Shown here: in pieces, positions 51,083 to 64,000 of the stretch
How positions within the stretch are numbered: position 1 is the stretch's first letter
Layout of the letters: the number at the start of each line of letters is the position of its first letter
DNA from: Octopus sinensis
Taxonomy: Eukaryota
Assembly: GCF_006345805.1 (NCBI RefSeq)
Contig: NC_042997.1
Coordinates: forward strand, 80,848,001-80,912,000
Direction: 5' to 3'
DNA length: 64,000 nucleotides
The notes under the pieces: generated by a model
Seen by the model: the letters and a program-made list of their open reading frames with translations, nothing else
What the model was told of the DNA's origin: nothing
Databases searched by the model: none
Made by a program: the position numbers and the translations under genes

Positions 51083-53012
51083 ATTTTATTATTACCCACA
51101 AGGGGCGAACATAGAGGGGACAGTACAATCGGGGAAAAAAATGAAATATGAAATATGTATAAATGTGGTGTAATGTCCCACCCGATCCCCGAAATCAGGT
51201 GGTTACATTTCGTCGTTTTTAATTACATTTTATAATGTTTTCAAAAGTAACAAATTCATTTTTCAGCATTTCGCAATACATTTCAATACATTTCAAAATA
51301 TAATTTCAAAATACATTATCAATTACAGAAAAATTGTTTTCGCAAATTCTCATATAAAGCTTTCGCAATACATCTTTAAGATTTCAAAATACATTTGAAA
51401 TAAACAAAAGTCTTTCCAAATTCTCTCTTTTTTTTTCTTATAATTTTAAATTAGCTCCATTACCTTTTTCAGGTCATTGTAGTTTTCCATTTCTCGTGGG
51501 TACCTTAGTAGTCGGCACTTCGTGTGTCTTGTTACGTTCATACCAGCGGCCTCGATAAACGCATCGGCGTTGTCTTCATGGACCAGTGCACCCGTTTCCT
51601 TCCACTCCGTGCCCATCCTGACCCATGAATATCCCTCCGTTTCACTTATTAGTTCCTCCATCTCCCCACAGTGTCTGTATTGAACCAATGTTCCGTAAAA
51701 TTTGTATCTTCTATTTGACCCTATGTTTTCTTTAGTTTTCCTCTTCGGACTTACTTCTTCTTTACCTTCCTCTCTCGGTTTTTCTCTTTCTGCTTTCCTT
51801 TTCTTTTTCCTTCTCCTGTCTTTTTGGTTCTTTGTCTGTCGTATATTCTTTTCCTGTTTTTTCTTTTTCTTTTTGTGTAGCAGCCTTTCCTTTCTCTTGG
51901 TTCTGTTCCTTCTCTTGTTTTTTTCCTGTTTTTTCTCTTTCCTTTATTTTACTTTCTTTTTCATTCTCTATTACCTGTGACTTGTTCTTTTTCTATTAAT
52001 TTCTTCCCTTTGCTTTCATTTTCCGTCTGTGTATTGTTATTTCCTTTTACCGTTGTTTCCTTTTCCTTACTTTCTTTCTCCTTTAGAGTATTGTTCCCTT
52101 CTTCGGGTTCTTTTTCTTTCTCTTTTTTGTTTTCCTCTACTTTTTCACACTCCGCCACGAATTCGTAAAGCGGACATTCTTTTTTAATGTGACCTCTTGT
52201 CCCACATAAATAACAGTTGGGTTTCCTCCCCTCAACGATTACGCAGAGGGTTCTACCATCTTCTACTTCTATTTGGAAGGGAATTCGATCTATATCGCTG
52301 CTTGTGGCCGTCAGCTACATCTCTACTCCGAATCCCTTCCATTTCACTATGCTAGTCTCCTTTATCGATCCAATTTCTATATCTTCCTCTGCTGATCCTA
52401 GGATGGCTGTTACCAGCCATTCTGTTTTTAAATCTGGGGGTATATTTGGGATTTTAACCCGTACCCCTCTTTTCCCTTTGTAGGTAGGCCACATGACGAA
52501 GTTTTCAGCTCTGAGTACGGTGGTAGCTAGCGAGGCCGCAACTTCTTTTGTTGCGTACCTCACCTCCACCGTACCATATTTCTTGCCTCTGCACACAAAG
52601 GTAGCCTTTTTCATAACGTCGTCCAGACATTTTTCTATGTCTTCTATTGCTATTCTTGATAGCTTTCTTGTGGTCGTGTCCTGTGTCCTATAAATTATAG
52701 TTTTGTCCTCTTTTTCCTCCTTTGCTTCAGCAGGGGGGACAAACTTCACTCTATCACCCTCCCTTTCAATGAATTTCTCAAATTCCTCTAGCTGTTCTTT
52801 TTTAAAGAACACCTCTCTTACTGTCAGCAGCGTATCGCTTTTCATTGCGGCGACCCCCGCGTAAGTCTCCATGACTTGAGGGTCGGCGCACTTTCTGCAA
52901 AAAGTTTCCAACGCGCAGCGGCAAATGCCTCGCGCGATTCAAATTTCAATTTCTATATACAAAGATTACAAAAATTACCAATTACTTAATACACTCAATG
53001 AAGACTGGCATT
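51083..53012 (-). mobile_element. ORF1/Gag-only unit B (diverged subfamily)
   Basis: METYAGVAAMKS from 52872; TGG-to-TAG at 52315; CYLCGTRGHIKKEC; C-terminal domain 51446-51700; same tail and 5' motif as A and C. Confidence 0.85.
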
Positions 53013-54936
53013 ATTTTATTATTACACACAAGGGGCCAACATAGAGGGGACAATACAATCGGGAAAAATAAATAATGAATTATGAAGTTTGTACATTGTG
53101 GTGTAATGCCCACTCGATCCCCGAAATCGAGCGGTTACATTTCGTCATTTTTTTTTATTACGTCAACAATATTTTCCAAATAAAAACATTTTACACATTT
53201 TCAACATACATTTCAAAAATTTTACAAAATTCAACATTTTTTTTTCAGAATTTAAAGTTCTTTTTATCATTTCCACATTAAAATTTTCACAATACCTTTT
53301 CTTTTATATAAACTCCATTATCTCTACCAAATCTTGGTAAATTTCCATCGTTCGTGGCCACCTTGTAAGTCGGCATTTCATATGTTTTGACACGTTCTTG
53401 CCAGCTGCCTCGATGAACGCCTCAGCGTCGTTCTCGTGGACGAGTGCACCTGTTTCTTTCCATTCGGTGCCCATCTTGACCCACGTATATCCATTTGTTA
53501 CGTTTATTAAATTTTCCATCCCCTCACAGTGCCTGTGATGGATCAACGTTCCATAGTATTTGAATTTTCTATTCGTACCTACGTTTTCTCTAGTTTTTCT
53601 CTTAGGACTTACTTCCTCTTTTTTCTCCTCCCTCGGTTTCTCTCTTTCTCTCTTTTTGCTTTCTCTTCTTTCTTTTTCCTTCTCTTGTCTTTTTGGCTCT
53701 TTGTCTGTCGTCTCTCTACCCTGTGCCTTATGTTCCTTTCCTGTTGTTTATTTTCCTTTTTGCATACTATCTTTTCCTTTCTCTTGGTTCTGTTCCTTCT
53801 CTTGTTCTTTTCCTGTTTTTTCTCTTTCCTTTAATGTACTTTCCTTTTCTTTCTCTTGCTTCTGCCTTGGCTCCTTCTCCACTACTTCTGCACCCTGTGA
53901 ATTTTGCTCCTTTTCTACTATCTTCTTCCCTTTGTTTTCATTTTCCTTCAGTGCGCTGTTACTTCCCTTCTATTGTTGTTTCTCCGTTATTTCCTTTTCC
54001 TTGTTTTCGCTGTTCTTTCCTTCGTGTTCGTTTTCCTTCTCTCCACTTTGTGTCTCTTTTTGCTCCGCTGTGAATTCATACAGCGAACATTCCTTTTTTA
54101 TGTGCCCTCTTGATCCGCACAGGTAGCAATTCGGTTTTCTGCCCTCCACTATTACACTAATTGTTTTCTCGTTTTCTATTTCTATTTGGAAGGGAAACCT
54201 TTCGATGTCTTCCATTGTGGCCATCAGCCACAACTCTACTCCGAATCCCTTCCAATTTACAACGTTGGTCTCCTTGATTGACCCTATTTCTACTTCCTCC
54301 TTTGCTGCCCCAATAATGGCTGTTACCAGCATTTCTGTTTTAATTTCTGGGGGCACCTTTGGGACTCTTACCCGTACCCCTCGTCTTCCTTTATACGTCG
54401 GCCACATAGTGAAATTTTCGGCTTTCAGAACAGTGGAAGCTAATGAGGCCGCCACTTCCTTTGTTGCACATCTCACCTCCACCGTACCATATTTCTTTCC
54501 TGTCTACAAAAGTCGCTTTTTTCATGATGTCCCCCAGACATTTCTCTATTTCTTCAATCGTCACTCTCACCGGTTTTCTCGTGTTTCTATCTTGCGTTCT
54601 ATACGTTATCATCTTGTTATTTCTCTCCTCTATTGTTTCAACAGGCGGGACCAGCTTCACGCTGTCATCCTCCCTTTTGACGAACTTCTCGTATTCCTTC
54701 AATTGTTCTTCTCTAAAGAACACTTCTCTTATTCTAAGAGACTCATCACTTTTTATTGTGGCGACCCCCGCGTAAGTCTCCATGACTAGAGGGTCGACAC
54801 ACCTTCTATAAAAGGTTCAAACACGCAGCGGCAGACGCCTCGCGCGATTCAATTTTTGACAATTTTTTAACAGTTTTTTTCTCAAATTTTTCACATACAA
54901 AATAACTAACCAACACACTCAATGAAGACTGGCATT
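53013..54936 (-). mobile_element. ORF1/Gag-only unit C (near-identical to A)
   Basis: ATG at 54783; -1 frameshift at ~54500; the same TAG as A at 53970-53972; C-terminal domain ends at 53304; 3 differences from A over ~320 nt at the 5' end (manual count). Confidence 0.85.
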
Positions 54937-56079
54937 GGCAGCTCTTCTTTTTTCTCTACATTGTATACTTTATAGACAATAGTCTTTTCTTTAATTCAAT
55001 TTTTTATTATCCATCTGGACTATTCCATTTCTGCTCGCTAATTTTATTTTTAAATTGTTCCCATTCATGTGAAACCACTTATTCAAGTTCAAATCATTGA
55101 TGCAATTTTATACCAATTGCTATTTTTACTTTTGTTATGTTACGATTATATTACACTTTAGTTTGATTTTAATTATTACTTACTACATATAATTCAATTG
55201 TTGTTATTATTTTTATTGTTAAAGTGAAAGTATCTGACATAAAATAGAGAAATGTTTTTGTTTCACTTTTAACACGTAATTCTGAAATAGTGGAGAAGAT
55301 ATGATATTGCTATGGGCTCGCCCTAGGCAAGAAGTTGAACATTTTTTTTTGCCCATGAAACTACGTGGACCATAAGTAAGGCATGTGTAAAATTTGAATG
55401 ATATTGGTTGTGTAGTTCTCAAGTTTTAGCGAAACACACAGACAGACAGACAGACACACATTCTCAGTTTTATATATATAAAGATACACACACAGAAGGA
55501 GAGAGAAGGAGGAATTGAGAGAAAAGAGGTAAAGAATTAAATGCTGGATGAGTACTACACTCACTAAAAGGTTGAGCAAATCTATGATCACAGGTATTGT
55601 AGTCATCACCATTCCCTTTTTCCTTCAGATTATATCATCCAATGAGTCCATCCAATTTAAAAATTTTTAAATATGAGGTGGCTAGAAACTTGGTTGCTAT
55701 TTCTATCAGAGCTTCCTCATTGGCTTGTCCATTAAACCGTTGACATAGACAGTGGATAGCTGTTTATGTGAGAAGTTTAGTAACAGACACACCAAGACTT
55801 AGACACAAAACCAATGTTGGACGATGACTGATAACTAATGAGAAACATATTGAGATGAGTGGGGTCTCTTGTGTAAGCATGTCCCATTTTTTGATTCATG
55901 AGACAACATAAAGTCAGCATTGCAAGCTAAACAAAACTTTTGTTCATCATATAAGGGGCAGATGGTATTCGTTTGCACGATGACTGTCTTAGGAAAAAAT
56001 AAAACAATGTTTTTAATTTTTGAGATATATTTGTCAAATTTATGTCAGTTTGTCTTCATGACATGTTCTGTTGATCTCA

Positions 56080-56470
56080 CTCAATGACCCCACTTTTGGT
56101 CTCAACGATAGCTTCCAGGTGACCTTGGAAATGGTTGCAGGCCTTCATCACTATCCCCTGTTTTAGACCTCTGAAGACCCTTGTAATTCTGGTCCCCAGC
56201 TCATCCTTCATTTTTCAGCTGGATTTTTTGATCTCTTATTCCATCTAAATTTCATCGACAAATTTCAGCATTTTGATGACATCAGATCATCAACCATGGG
56301 TTTTCCTCTCTGTTGTCACCTCATAGTGGAATCCTGAATCTGCCAGTTCCTTTCTTGCCTTTTCCACCATCCTTCTGCTGATGTTGAGGAAGTCTGAAAT
56401 CTCCTTGTCTATTCTTCTGGTGTAGATTCCAAGGAGGACTCTATGCCTTTTCTGGGTTCAAACTTTTCTA
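56080..56470 (-). mobile_element. Internally deleted Tc1-like transposon remnant
   Basis: Minus strand: DKEISDFLNISRRMVEKARKEL (HTH-like) joined to KACNHFQGHLEAIVE (Tc1 C-terminus-like). Confidence 0.5.
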
Positions 56471-56915
56471 AAGTCAATTATTCTGCATAAAAATAAAGCA
56501 AAAGTGATTGTTGTTTTTAAGAAGAAAAAGACCAACAGTGAAAGTAAAAAAAATATGCGTAAAATAAGCAATTGAAAATTGCAAACAAATACCATCCACA
56601 CCCTGTACACTGCTTCCTGTTTCTGTAGTGATATGTATTTACAACTACTTGAATTGTAAAGTAAGATATAAATGTCATAGTCAAAGAGTCAGTGAGCCAG
56701 TCTCCCACTATACTCATGAGCACTGCTGTTAAGTTCCAGTATTTATAGCAATAGCAATGATACCTAACAGCTGCATTGATTCCTCCAGTTTGGAAAGACT
56801 TTCAAAGAGCTTTGGGATTGCCTCACTTTCTACTCACACCCTAATAACATTGACATAATACTTCTGATCCAATCCCCCTCACACATACACACACACATAC
56901 ACAAACACACACATG

Positions 56916-56966
<51 letters not shown>

Positions 56967-59900
56967 TCAACTTCTATTAGCATTTCCATTAGTGTCATTA
57001 ATATCATTAAGCAATATTATCATCATCAGAAACAAATAATATCAATATCAATAATAACAATAACAACAACAACAACAACATCAATAGGAACACTTTAGTC
57101 TCACTCCAATCACTAGTAACACACATTTACTTTAACAGCCATCATAACCTTCCTCCTATCACACTGACCTTCACATGAATTATTGTACAGTACAGACAAT
57201 TGCATTTCTTGTTTCCATCATCAACATCTCGCTTACCAAATAAGAATCAAAATGTTTCGATTTATTTCACTCAACTCTTTGTTCATCTATTGATCTTTCT
57301 CAAAACAGATTGTCAAATAGTTATAACATTCTGTGGAAACCAGCAACACATGACTTACTGAGATCAGAATTGTTCTGTCTTAAACATGGTAATAGCCATT
57401 ATATTTATTCCAATATATTTGTTTTGATTTGAGCGTAATGGATGTCATTAATGTGTGCTTGTGAAAACTGTTTTGATGACAGTTTAATAATGTCGACACC
57501 CAAATTGATCAGCAATAAACTGTTGCACATTAGCGAAAACGCTTGCAATCACAGCACATGTTGGTGTTGTTTATGTTATATATATTTTTCTTGATTAGTT
57601 TTATTTTTTTCTCCTTCTATAGATAATTTCAAATGTTTCAATTAAAGATATTTTTTCTTTTTTATTTCATGTTATTTTCTACGTTCATATATGATAGAAA
57701 ACTTAATACTCTATTCAAAAGAGAGATAGGATATGTTATTAGTGTCATGTATATCACCGTCACCATCACCATTATATGATTAATAACAAAAGTTTCACCA
57801 GCACTACCACCACCATCACTCTACCATCACTGCTACTACTATTGCTACCTTTAATGTTGATACTATCATCAAGCTTTATTCCTGGTAACACCCACTGCCA
57901 CTGAGGGTGTTACCAGGAATGATATGAAGAACACCAGAACTTTAACATCATGAATAACTTCCTTCAAGCTAAAATATGTATAACAGAAAAAGATCAACCA
58001 TGACTAATTAGAGCAATGATCAAAAATATTCCAGCCATGGTCATCTTGTCTTTTTTTTTATGGGCAGTATCTAGAACTATAGATTGCAGTAAGGGCATCT
58101 ATTAGTTCACTTTGCAATCATGAAGTTTTGGGTTCGATCTCACTGTGTGACATGTTGGCCAAGTATCTTTTACCATAACTTTGGATCAGCTTGTGAGTTA
58201 AACCAGATAGATAAAAACTGTAAGGAAGCTTAACTCTTTAGTATTCAGATTACTCTATCAAATGTCATGCTTATTTAATCACATTGTCTTGAATTAATTA
58301 TTCCTTATCTTGTAGCTTCAAGAATTTGATGATGTGATTGTTTATCTTTTGAATGACTTTGTTGGGTTGGTGTGAGAGGCCGGATTTGGCCAGTTTGAAC
58401 ACAAAATGGTTTGAATATTTGAGCCAGATATGACTGGTTTGAATACTAAATGGTTAAAGGTCCATCATGGTCACATGTATTGTCATGTTGACTCTACCTG
58501 AGAAAAACATTAAACGAACATGTGTCAGTGGAATATTTAGCCACTTGTATGCTAATTCAATGAGTAGGCAGTACACTTGATTGAGCAACTGAGAACTCAT
58601 CATCAGAAATTCATTTATTTTTATTTCTTTAAAACTAAATTATCTGCCTTGACTCTTCCTCTTTTTTAAAGATGTTTAGATATGATTTGAGGATGATTTG
58701 GCTACTATATCTAATGGCTGAACGGTTATGTAGAAATTGTCTCATTGTTTGTTGTAAGTGGCAAAGATATTGTCTTTTGTTCATATATGAAGAGGTGAAC
58801 TCAGGAAGGAAAAGGTTATGACAATTACAACTATACTCATATCAAAAGCATTGATACCAGCAGAAGGAGCTTCTATGTAGTCACTTTGCCTGTTTGAAAT
58901 AACAACCAAATCTTCACATCACATTCTGCTACCTTATCACAGCCGACAAAATTAGTCTTAGCTATCCGAAAGATATCACCACAAGGTCCAGTTATTGTTG
59001 TAGTGTGGTAGCTTGTATGCCCTAAGGACTCAGAAAGCTATGTCAGCAGTGTGCAAGTTCCTGGTAGGGTCTTCCATGCAGTAGAGGTTAAAGGACAGAC
59101 ACCAGACTAATATGGATCATCTCTTTCCAGAGATAAAAATGGGTTTGTGTGGGGCCAACACTCCTACCTGGAAAAAATAAAGTTACAGAAGCAGGTAATA
59201 ATTTAACCTTTCAGTGTTCAGATTAGTTTGTCAAACATAATGCTTATTGATTCACTTTGTTTTGAATTAATCATGCATTATTCCATATCTCGAAGATTTT
59301 GATGATGTGATTATTTAATGTAGAATAACATTGTAGGGTGTGAGAGCCTGGATCTGGTCAGTTTGACATAAAACAGATGGAATATTTTGGCTGGATGTGG
59401 TTGGTTGAAATGCTAAAGGGTTAAACCAAGAAGGCCAAAGAAAAGGCTTGTCCACAAGGAAGACAACCCAGAGTTGAGCAGAGTCATTGATATCCCATGT
59501 TTCATGGACTTAAATAAGTATCCCAAAGATAGAAAAATAGCTAGAATGCCTTTAAATTATGAGTCACATCCTTATAAGTGACTGAGACATTGTATTATTG
59601 AGAAATTCTTTAATGTTCAGAACTGAGCTTCAAAAATTTTCGATGGAGAAATCCCATGTAAGGGCCAGGTGTTTTGCAATACATATACAAGGAGACAGAG
59701 ACTTTAAGCTCCAAAAGTTGCAAATGATTCATTATTCCTTGAATGTCTCTTCCTGTTTGACTATTGATCAGCATGACAAACATACTGAGGATGGTAACCA
59801 AGTGAATCTGAGGCACAACCCTAATATCTAAATTGATCGACAACAGCAGCAAACAGGATAACTACTGGTCCTACCTTCCCGTGGCCCTGGAAGTAAATAT

Positions 59901-62689
59901 ATATTGCATGAAGATGGCTCTGAAAATCTTAAGGATTAGCAATCTTCCTTTTGAACTAAAATATGTACCAAGGAGAGAGGTTTAGCGTGCTAAATGACAC
60001 GTTTTGTTAGTATGAACAAACTAAACTTTGGAAAGGTAAAGTTGTCCTAAAACATAAACATCATCATCGTCAATATTATCATCATCATCATCATTGCATT
60101 GTTATCATCACTGTCATCATTGTTATTACCATGTTCACAACCACAACCACCAGAATTACCAGCAGCAGCAGCAGCAACAGCAGCATCACCAGCAACAGCA
60201 CTCTATCACCATCATTATCATATCCATCAATGATCATCATACAACATGATTTTGCATTCAATTTTATTTTCTATGCAGGCTGGAAGAAAGTTGTGGACAT
60301 GTTTTCTGAGTAGTCTTAATTCTGTTTCCCATATTGTTTCTGAATTCTTATCTCTAGTCAAGTATTTTTTCAGACCCACTTCCTGTTAATTCTCTTTTAT
60401 CAACTTAAACTCATACTGCTTTGTCCACTAGAAATATGAGACTCTCCCGTTTACCCTTCCTTACTTCTGTCCTTAACTCCTTGTCTTTCTATGGCTGCTG
60501 TACATAGTAGAGTAATATTTATAGTTTATTCCACTTAGCTATTCATGGATGTAATTAACAATTTAAAGCTTATTCCACTTAGTTATTAATGGCTGTAATT
60601 AACAAATATTTAGTTGGCTTGCATAGATGAATTTATGTCCATCTAGGGATATGAGGATTTCAATGGAAAACATGAAGGAATCCCTGTGCAGTCACTCAAC
60701 CTGGTAGAAATAGCAGCCAAGTCTTCCTTGGATCATACATTAAAGTCTTTTTCAAAAGGATATATTTGGTAATATACTTCTAGATACACTATCATCATCA
60801 TCATCATCATCATTGTTTAACGTCCGCTTTCTATGCTAGCATGGGTTGGACGATTTGAACCAGATGGCTGCACCAGGCTCCAATCTGATCTGGCAGAGTT
60901 TCTACAGCTGGATGCCCTTCCCAACACCAACTACTTCGAGAGTGTAGTGGGTGCTTTTACGTGCCACTGGTACAAGGGCCAGTCAAGTAGTAGTCTAAAT
61001 AAATGCAGATAGTCAGGCTGGAGAAGCTGTGCTCATAGTTTTGCTTGATCGAGATTGATCTGAGACTGAACAACAACGGCACCATCACCACTGCTGACAA
61101 CAGCAACAAATCTGATATAGTTTCACAAAAATCTTGAAACCAAGTGGTCTACCAGGAGTTAATTCTTTGAATGACTTCTTCAGCAGTATGAAGTAGCAGA
61201 CAATAACAACAACAGATACTGGAAATCTTATATATTCTGATAAAATAGCTAATCAAAAGTACATTATATCCGATGAACCATAAGACAATAGTAATAGCAT
61301 TGTTTAAGCTTAGACTCATAATTCAGTTTATCATTGTAAGAGTTTATGTAAGTCTTCCTTGTTGAGTTGATGTCTTATGAAAGATCATGTTAAGATATTC
61401 TTTTATAATCATATTTTTTTAATGATATTTAGTGAAACAGAGGCAGGTTTCCAAGATGAAAGAAACATTATTGAACAGATTTGTTTTGTTATTATTTTAC
61501 CCCAAAAATAGATAGAATGCCAGTCTACAGGACCAATGCTAGACACTCAGTGAGCTTAAAACGAAGGAGTGGGAGTCAAATTTGGAATAACTTAAACAAA
61601 ATTTCTTAATTTGAGTGAAAACACTAAAACTTTGAAATAGAGAATAGGCAAGGGCACTCTAGAAACAGAGGACAGCATTAGGTGGGGTGGGGTGGAGAGG
61701 ATGTTATGACTTGTCACATGATTTGGTTTGAAACTGTTCAAAATTTGCCAGCTAATGAATTTACTTGGTGAAACATGTAATCATAAACTGATAGAATTCT
61801 TGTCTGGAAGTTAATTGTAATATTTTGACTGCAATTTTCACTGATGCAAAAAGTCTGAAGGTAAGAGGAAGTTGTAGGAAAAAAATTAGATAGGAGGATC
61901 ATATTGTGTCCTATGCCCACAACCAGACCTTCACCACATCTTCATTGAATGTGAAAAGCTTTTACTATGTACGTGTAACAAGATTTATATTATTGTTTTT
62001 TTTTTGTCTTTTGTCAGTAAATGTTACTTACTATTTGTTTCTGTCTAGAGATCAAAGGAAATTACTATTCCCTTCAAATTTTGCTTTTGCAACCTGGGTA
62101 TCAATGTTTTGAAACTGCTATTTTCCATTACATTTCAGATTCAATGTGGAGTTGCTGAAGCAGAAATATCATAAGAGCAAATATTCTGCTCAATACTGCA
62201 GATTTATTTATTGGTTGCTTTACCTTGAGCATGTCTGTTAGTGGCTGACAATATGTGTATCTCTGATCATGAGCAGGAGTAGTGGGGGAACATTATAGCT
62301 ATGTATTGAGAGGGGTTTTTTGGGGTTTCAATAAATGTAATAAAAGCAAAGTTTGAAGGAAATATTAGTCATTTTTCATACTTTATTGGGGTAAGCAAAT
62401 AGGAAATGACAGTTGCTACTCAAGGACAAAAATTGTGTTACACAGTGTTATTAGAAAATATAACATCAGCTTACTAACAGTGAATATTTTCATATGAACA
62501 TGAAAAAGTTTGATTTTAGTTGGAAATTTACCAAGTAACTGACTTAAAACAACATATGGTGTCAGACAAGGGCATGTTTGTCATTAACCAAGCTTCTGTA
62601 ATATGCTTCTAGAAACATAATGCTTAAAGCCCTTGAGTCTTTTGAATAAAATATTAAAGTAGGAGGTAGAGAAGTCAGTATTTTTCATT

Positions 62690-62970
62690 TTTCCAGTGAT
62701 ATTGATTTAATAGGAGAAAATGAAGACCTTAATGATCTAACAACATATCTTGATACAACTACAAGAAGATATGGAGTTGAAAAAAATGTTGAAAAAAAAA
62801 TAATGATAATTAGTATATTCAAGAAGAAAATAGTCAATCAAGATTAAAATAACAGGGAAGGCATTTCAAACAAGTTTAAATATTTGGAAAAGATAATAAT
62901 GGAAGATACAAGATCAAAGAAACAGGTAAAATATTAGACTGCAACAGCTACAGCAAAATGTTTGTAAAAA
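62690..62970 (+). mobile_element. Old RTE-type RT remnant
   Basis: DIDLIGENEDLNDLTTYLDTTTRRYGVEKN and FKYL..II motifs, with indels. Confidence 0.55.
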
Positions 62971-63529
62971 TAAAATGATGACAACAACACCAGCAATAAT
63001 AATTACTTTTTTTTAAGAGCAATAATAATTTCAACGGCACTTTATGGGTGTAAATCATGGATGTATAAAACCCTGAAAATGAGAAAAAGATCATTGCTTT
63101 GAAAGGAAATTTTATAAAAGGATTCTTTACATTCTCTCTTTTGAATATGGAACTCACTAGAATATTAGGAAAAACATTGTTGAGAAGAAACCACATGATT
63201 GTGAAACAAAATTCTCAACCACACAGCCAATATATACATATACATACATATAATCATCATCATCATCATCATCATTTAACATCCATCTTTCATGCTGGCA
63301 TGGGTTGGACAGTTTGACAGGAGCTAACAAGCCAGATGACTGCACCAAGCTCCACTGTCTATTTTGGCATAGTTTCTATATCTGGATGCCTTTCCTAATG
63401 CCAACCACTTTACAGAACAGACTGCGTGCGTTTCACATGATACCAGGTCTGCTTTTGGCATGATTTTTATGGCTGGATGCTCTTCCTAATGCCAGCGACT
63501 TTACAGAGTGGACTGCATGGTACCTGGTG

Positions 63530-64000
63530 GTGAGGAGTTAGAATATGAAACTGGTGTCTTGTTGTAGAAGAGATATGTGATTACAACAGTAAGAGGGTGA
63601 GAGCTGGTGGCGATGTGCCAGGGCATACTCTCAGCGTATGGGGATGCGAATATAAGTGGGATGGTAGAAGGTTGCTCAGGGTGTGTGAATGAGGAGTTCA
63701 CATAAATGCAAAGATGGGGTTGGAGAGGGAGGAATGCAGTGGCTATTCAAATCTGAGTATATAGGGGGAAACAACAGGATAGCAATGATACAGTTGGCAA
63801 GGCAGGGAGGATGAGATTGGGCTGCAGGAATGAGGAGGGAGAGATAAGCATGGTGCATGAGGAAGAGGTGTACTTTAGTTTATTGGGGTAGGGTGTGTGA
63901 AAAATTTTATTATCACATGTGGGTGGAACCTGTGGTAGAGGTAGACCCAGGAGACATGAGACAAGGTGGTGAAGCATGATCTTCAAACTTTGACCCTCAC
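63530..64000 (-). mobile_element. RTE ORF C-terminal remnant running off the window end
   Basis: gtgggtggaacctgtggtagaggtagacccagg corresponds to the GxCGRGRP C-terminal RTE motif also seen at ~30225-30270. Confidence 0.5.

Noticed and set aside
49661-54126. Phe/Ser/Leu-rich plus-strand ORFs of 100-190 aa
   Set aside because: They are antisense shadows of the K/E-rich linker of the Gag-only units.
44052-54936. Telomeric HeT-A/TART-like role for the array
   Set aside because: There are no telomeric repeats, and ordinary repeat-rich DNA continues on both sides; only the architecture is analogous.
1-64000. Uni-strand piRNA-cluster-like orientation bias
   Set aside because: Elements occur on both strands (RTEs and the PLE on plus; CR1, Tx1 and the LTR element on minus).

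Overview
AT-rich, microsatellite-dense eukaryotic intergenic or intronic DNA. The repeat families look like octopod cephalopod (Octopus-type) repeats, but that assignment is from recall and unverified. No host gene exon could be supported. The window is a nest of transposons: mariner/Tc1 remnants, a decayed Gypsy LTR element with nested insertions (3.6-8.7 kb), a near-intact CR1-like LINE (15.6-18.4 kb), two RTE-type LINEs (19.7-23.9 and 39.3-41.1 kb), Penelope-like element (PLE) remnants, a non-autonomous Helitron, MITEs and SINEs. Two things stand out. (1) At 44.0-54.9 kb, a gap-free head-to-tail array holds three ~1.93-kb 'ORF1/Gag-only' retroelements (CCHC knuckle plus an unrecognised ~85-aa C-terminal domain with a purifying-selection pattern). 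They are stacked on the 5' end of a Tx1-like LINE, with a recurring AAT(G/T)CCA junction motif and an 18/21 direct repeat around the whole block. A distant solo relative lies at 7.1-8.6 kb. (2) Minimal type-I hammerhead ribozyme motifs from about six unrelated sequence families occur between 14 and 39 kb. They lie in short PLE-like or retrozyme-like units, mostly next to (TA)n tracts, and four have inverted duplications that break inside the ribozyme. All folds, alignments and identities were done by eye.
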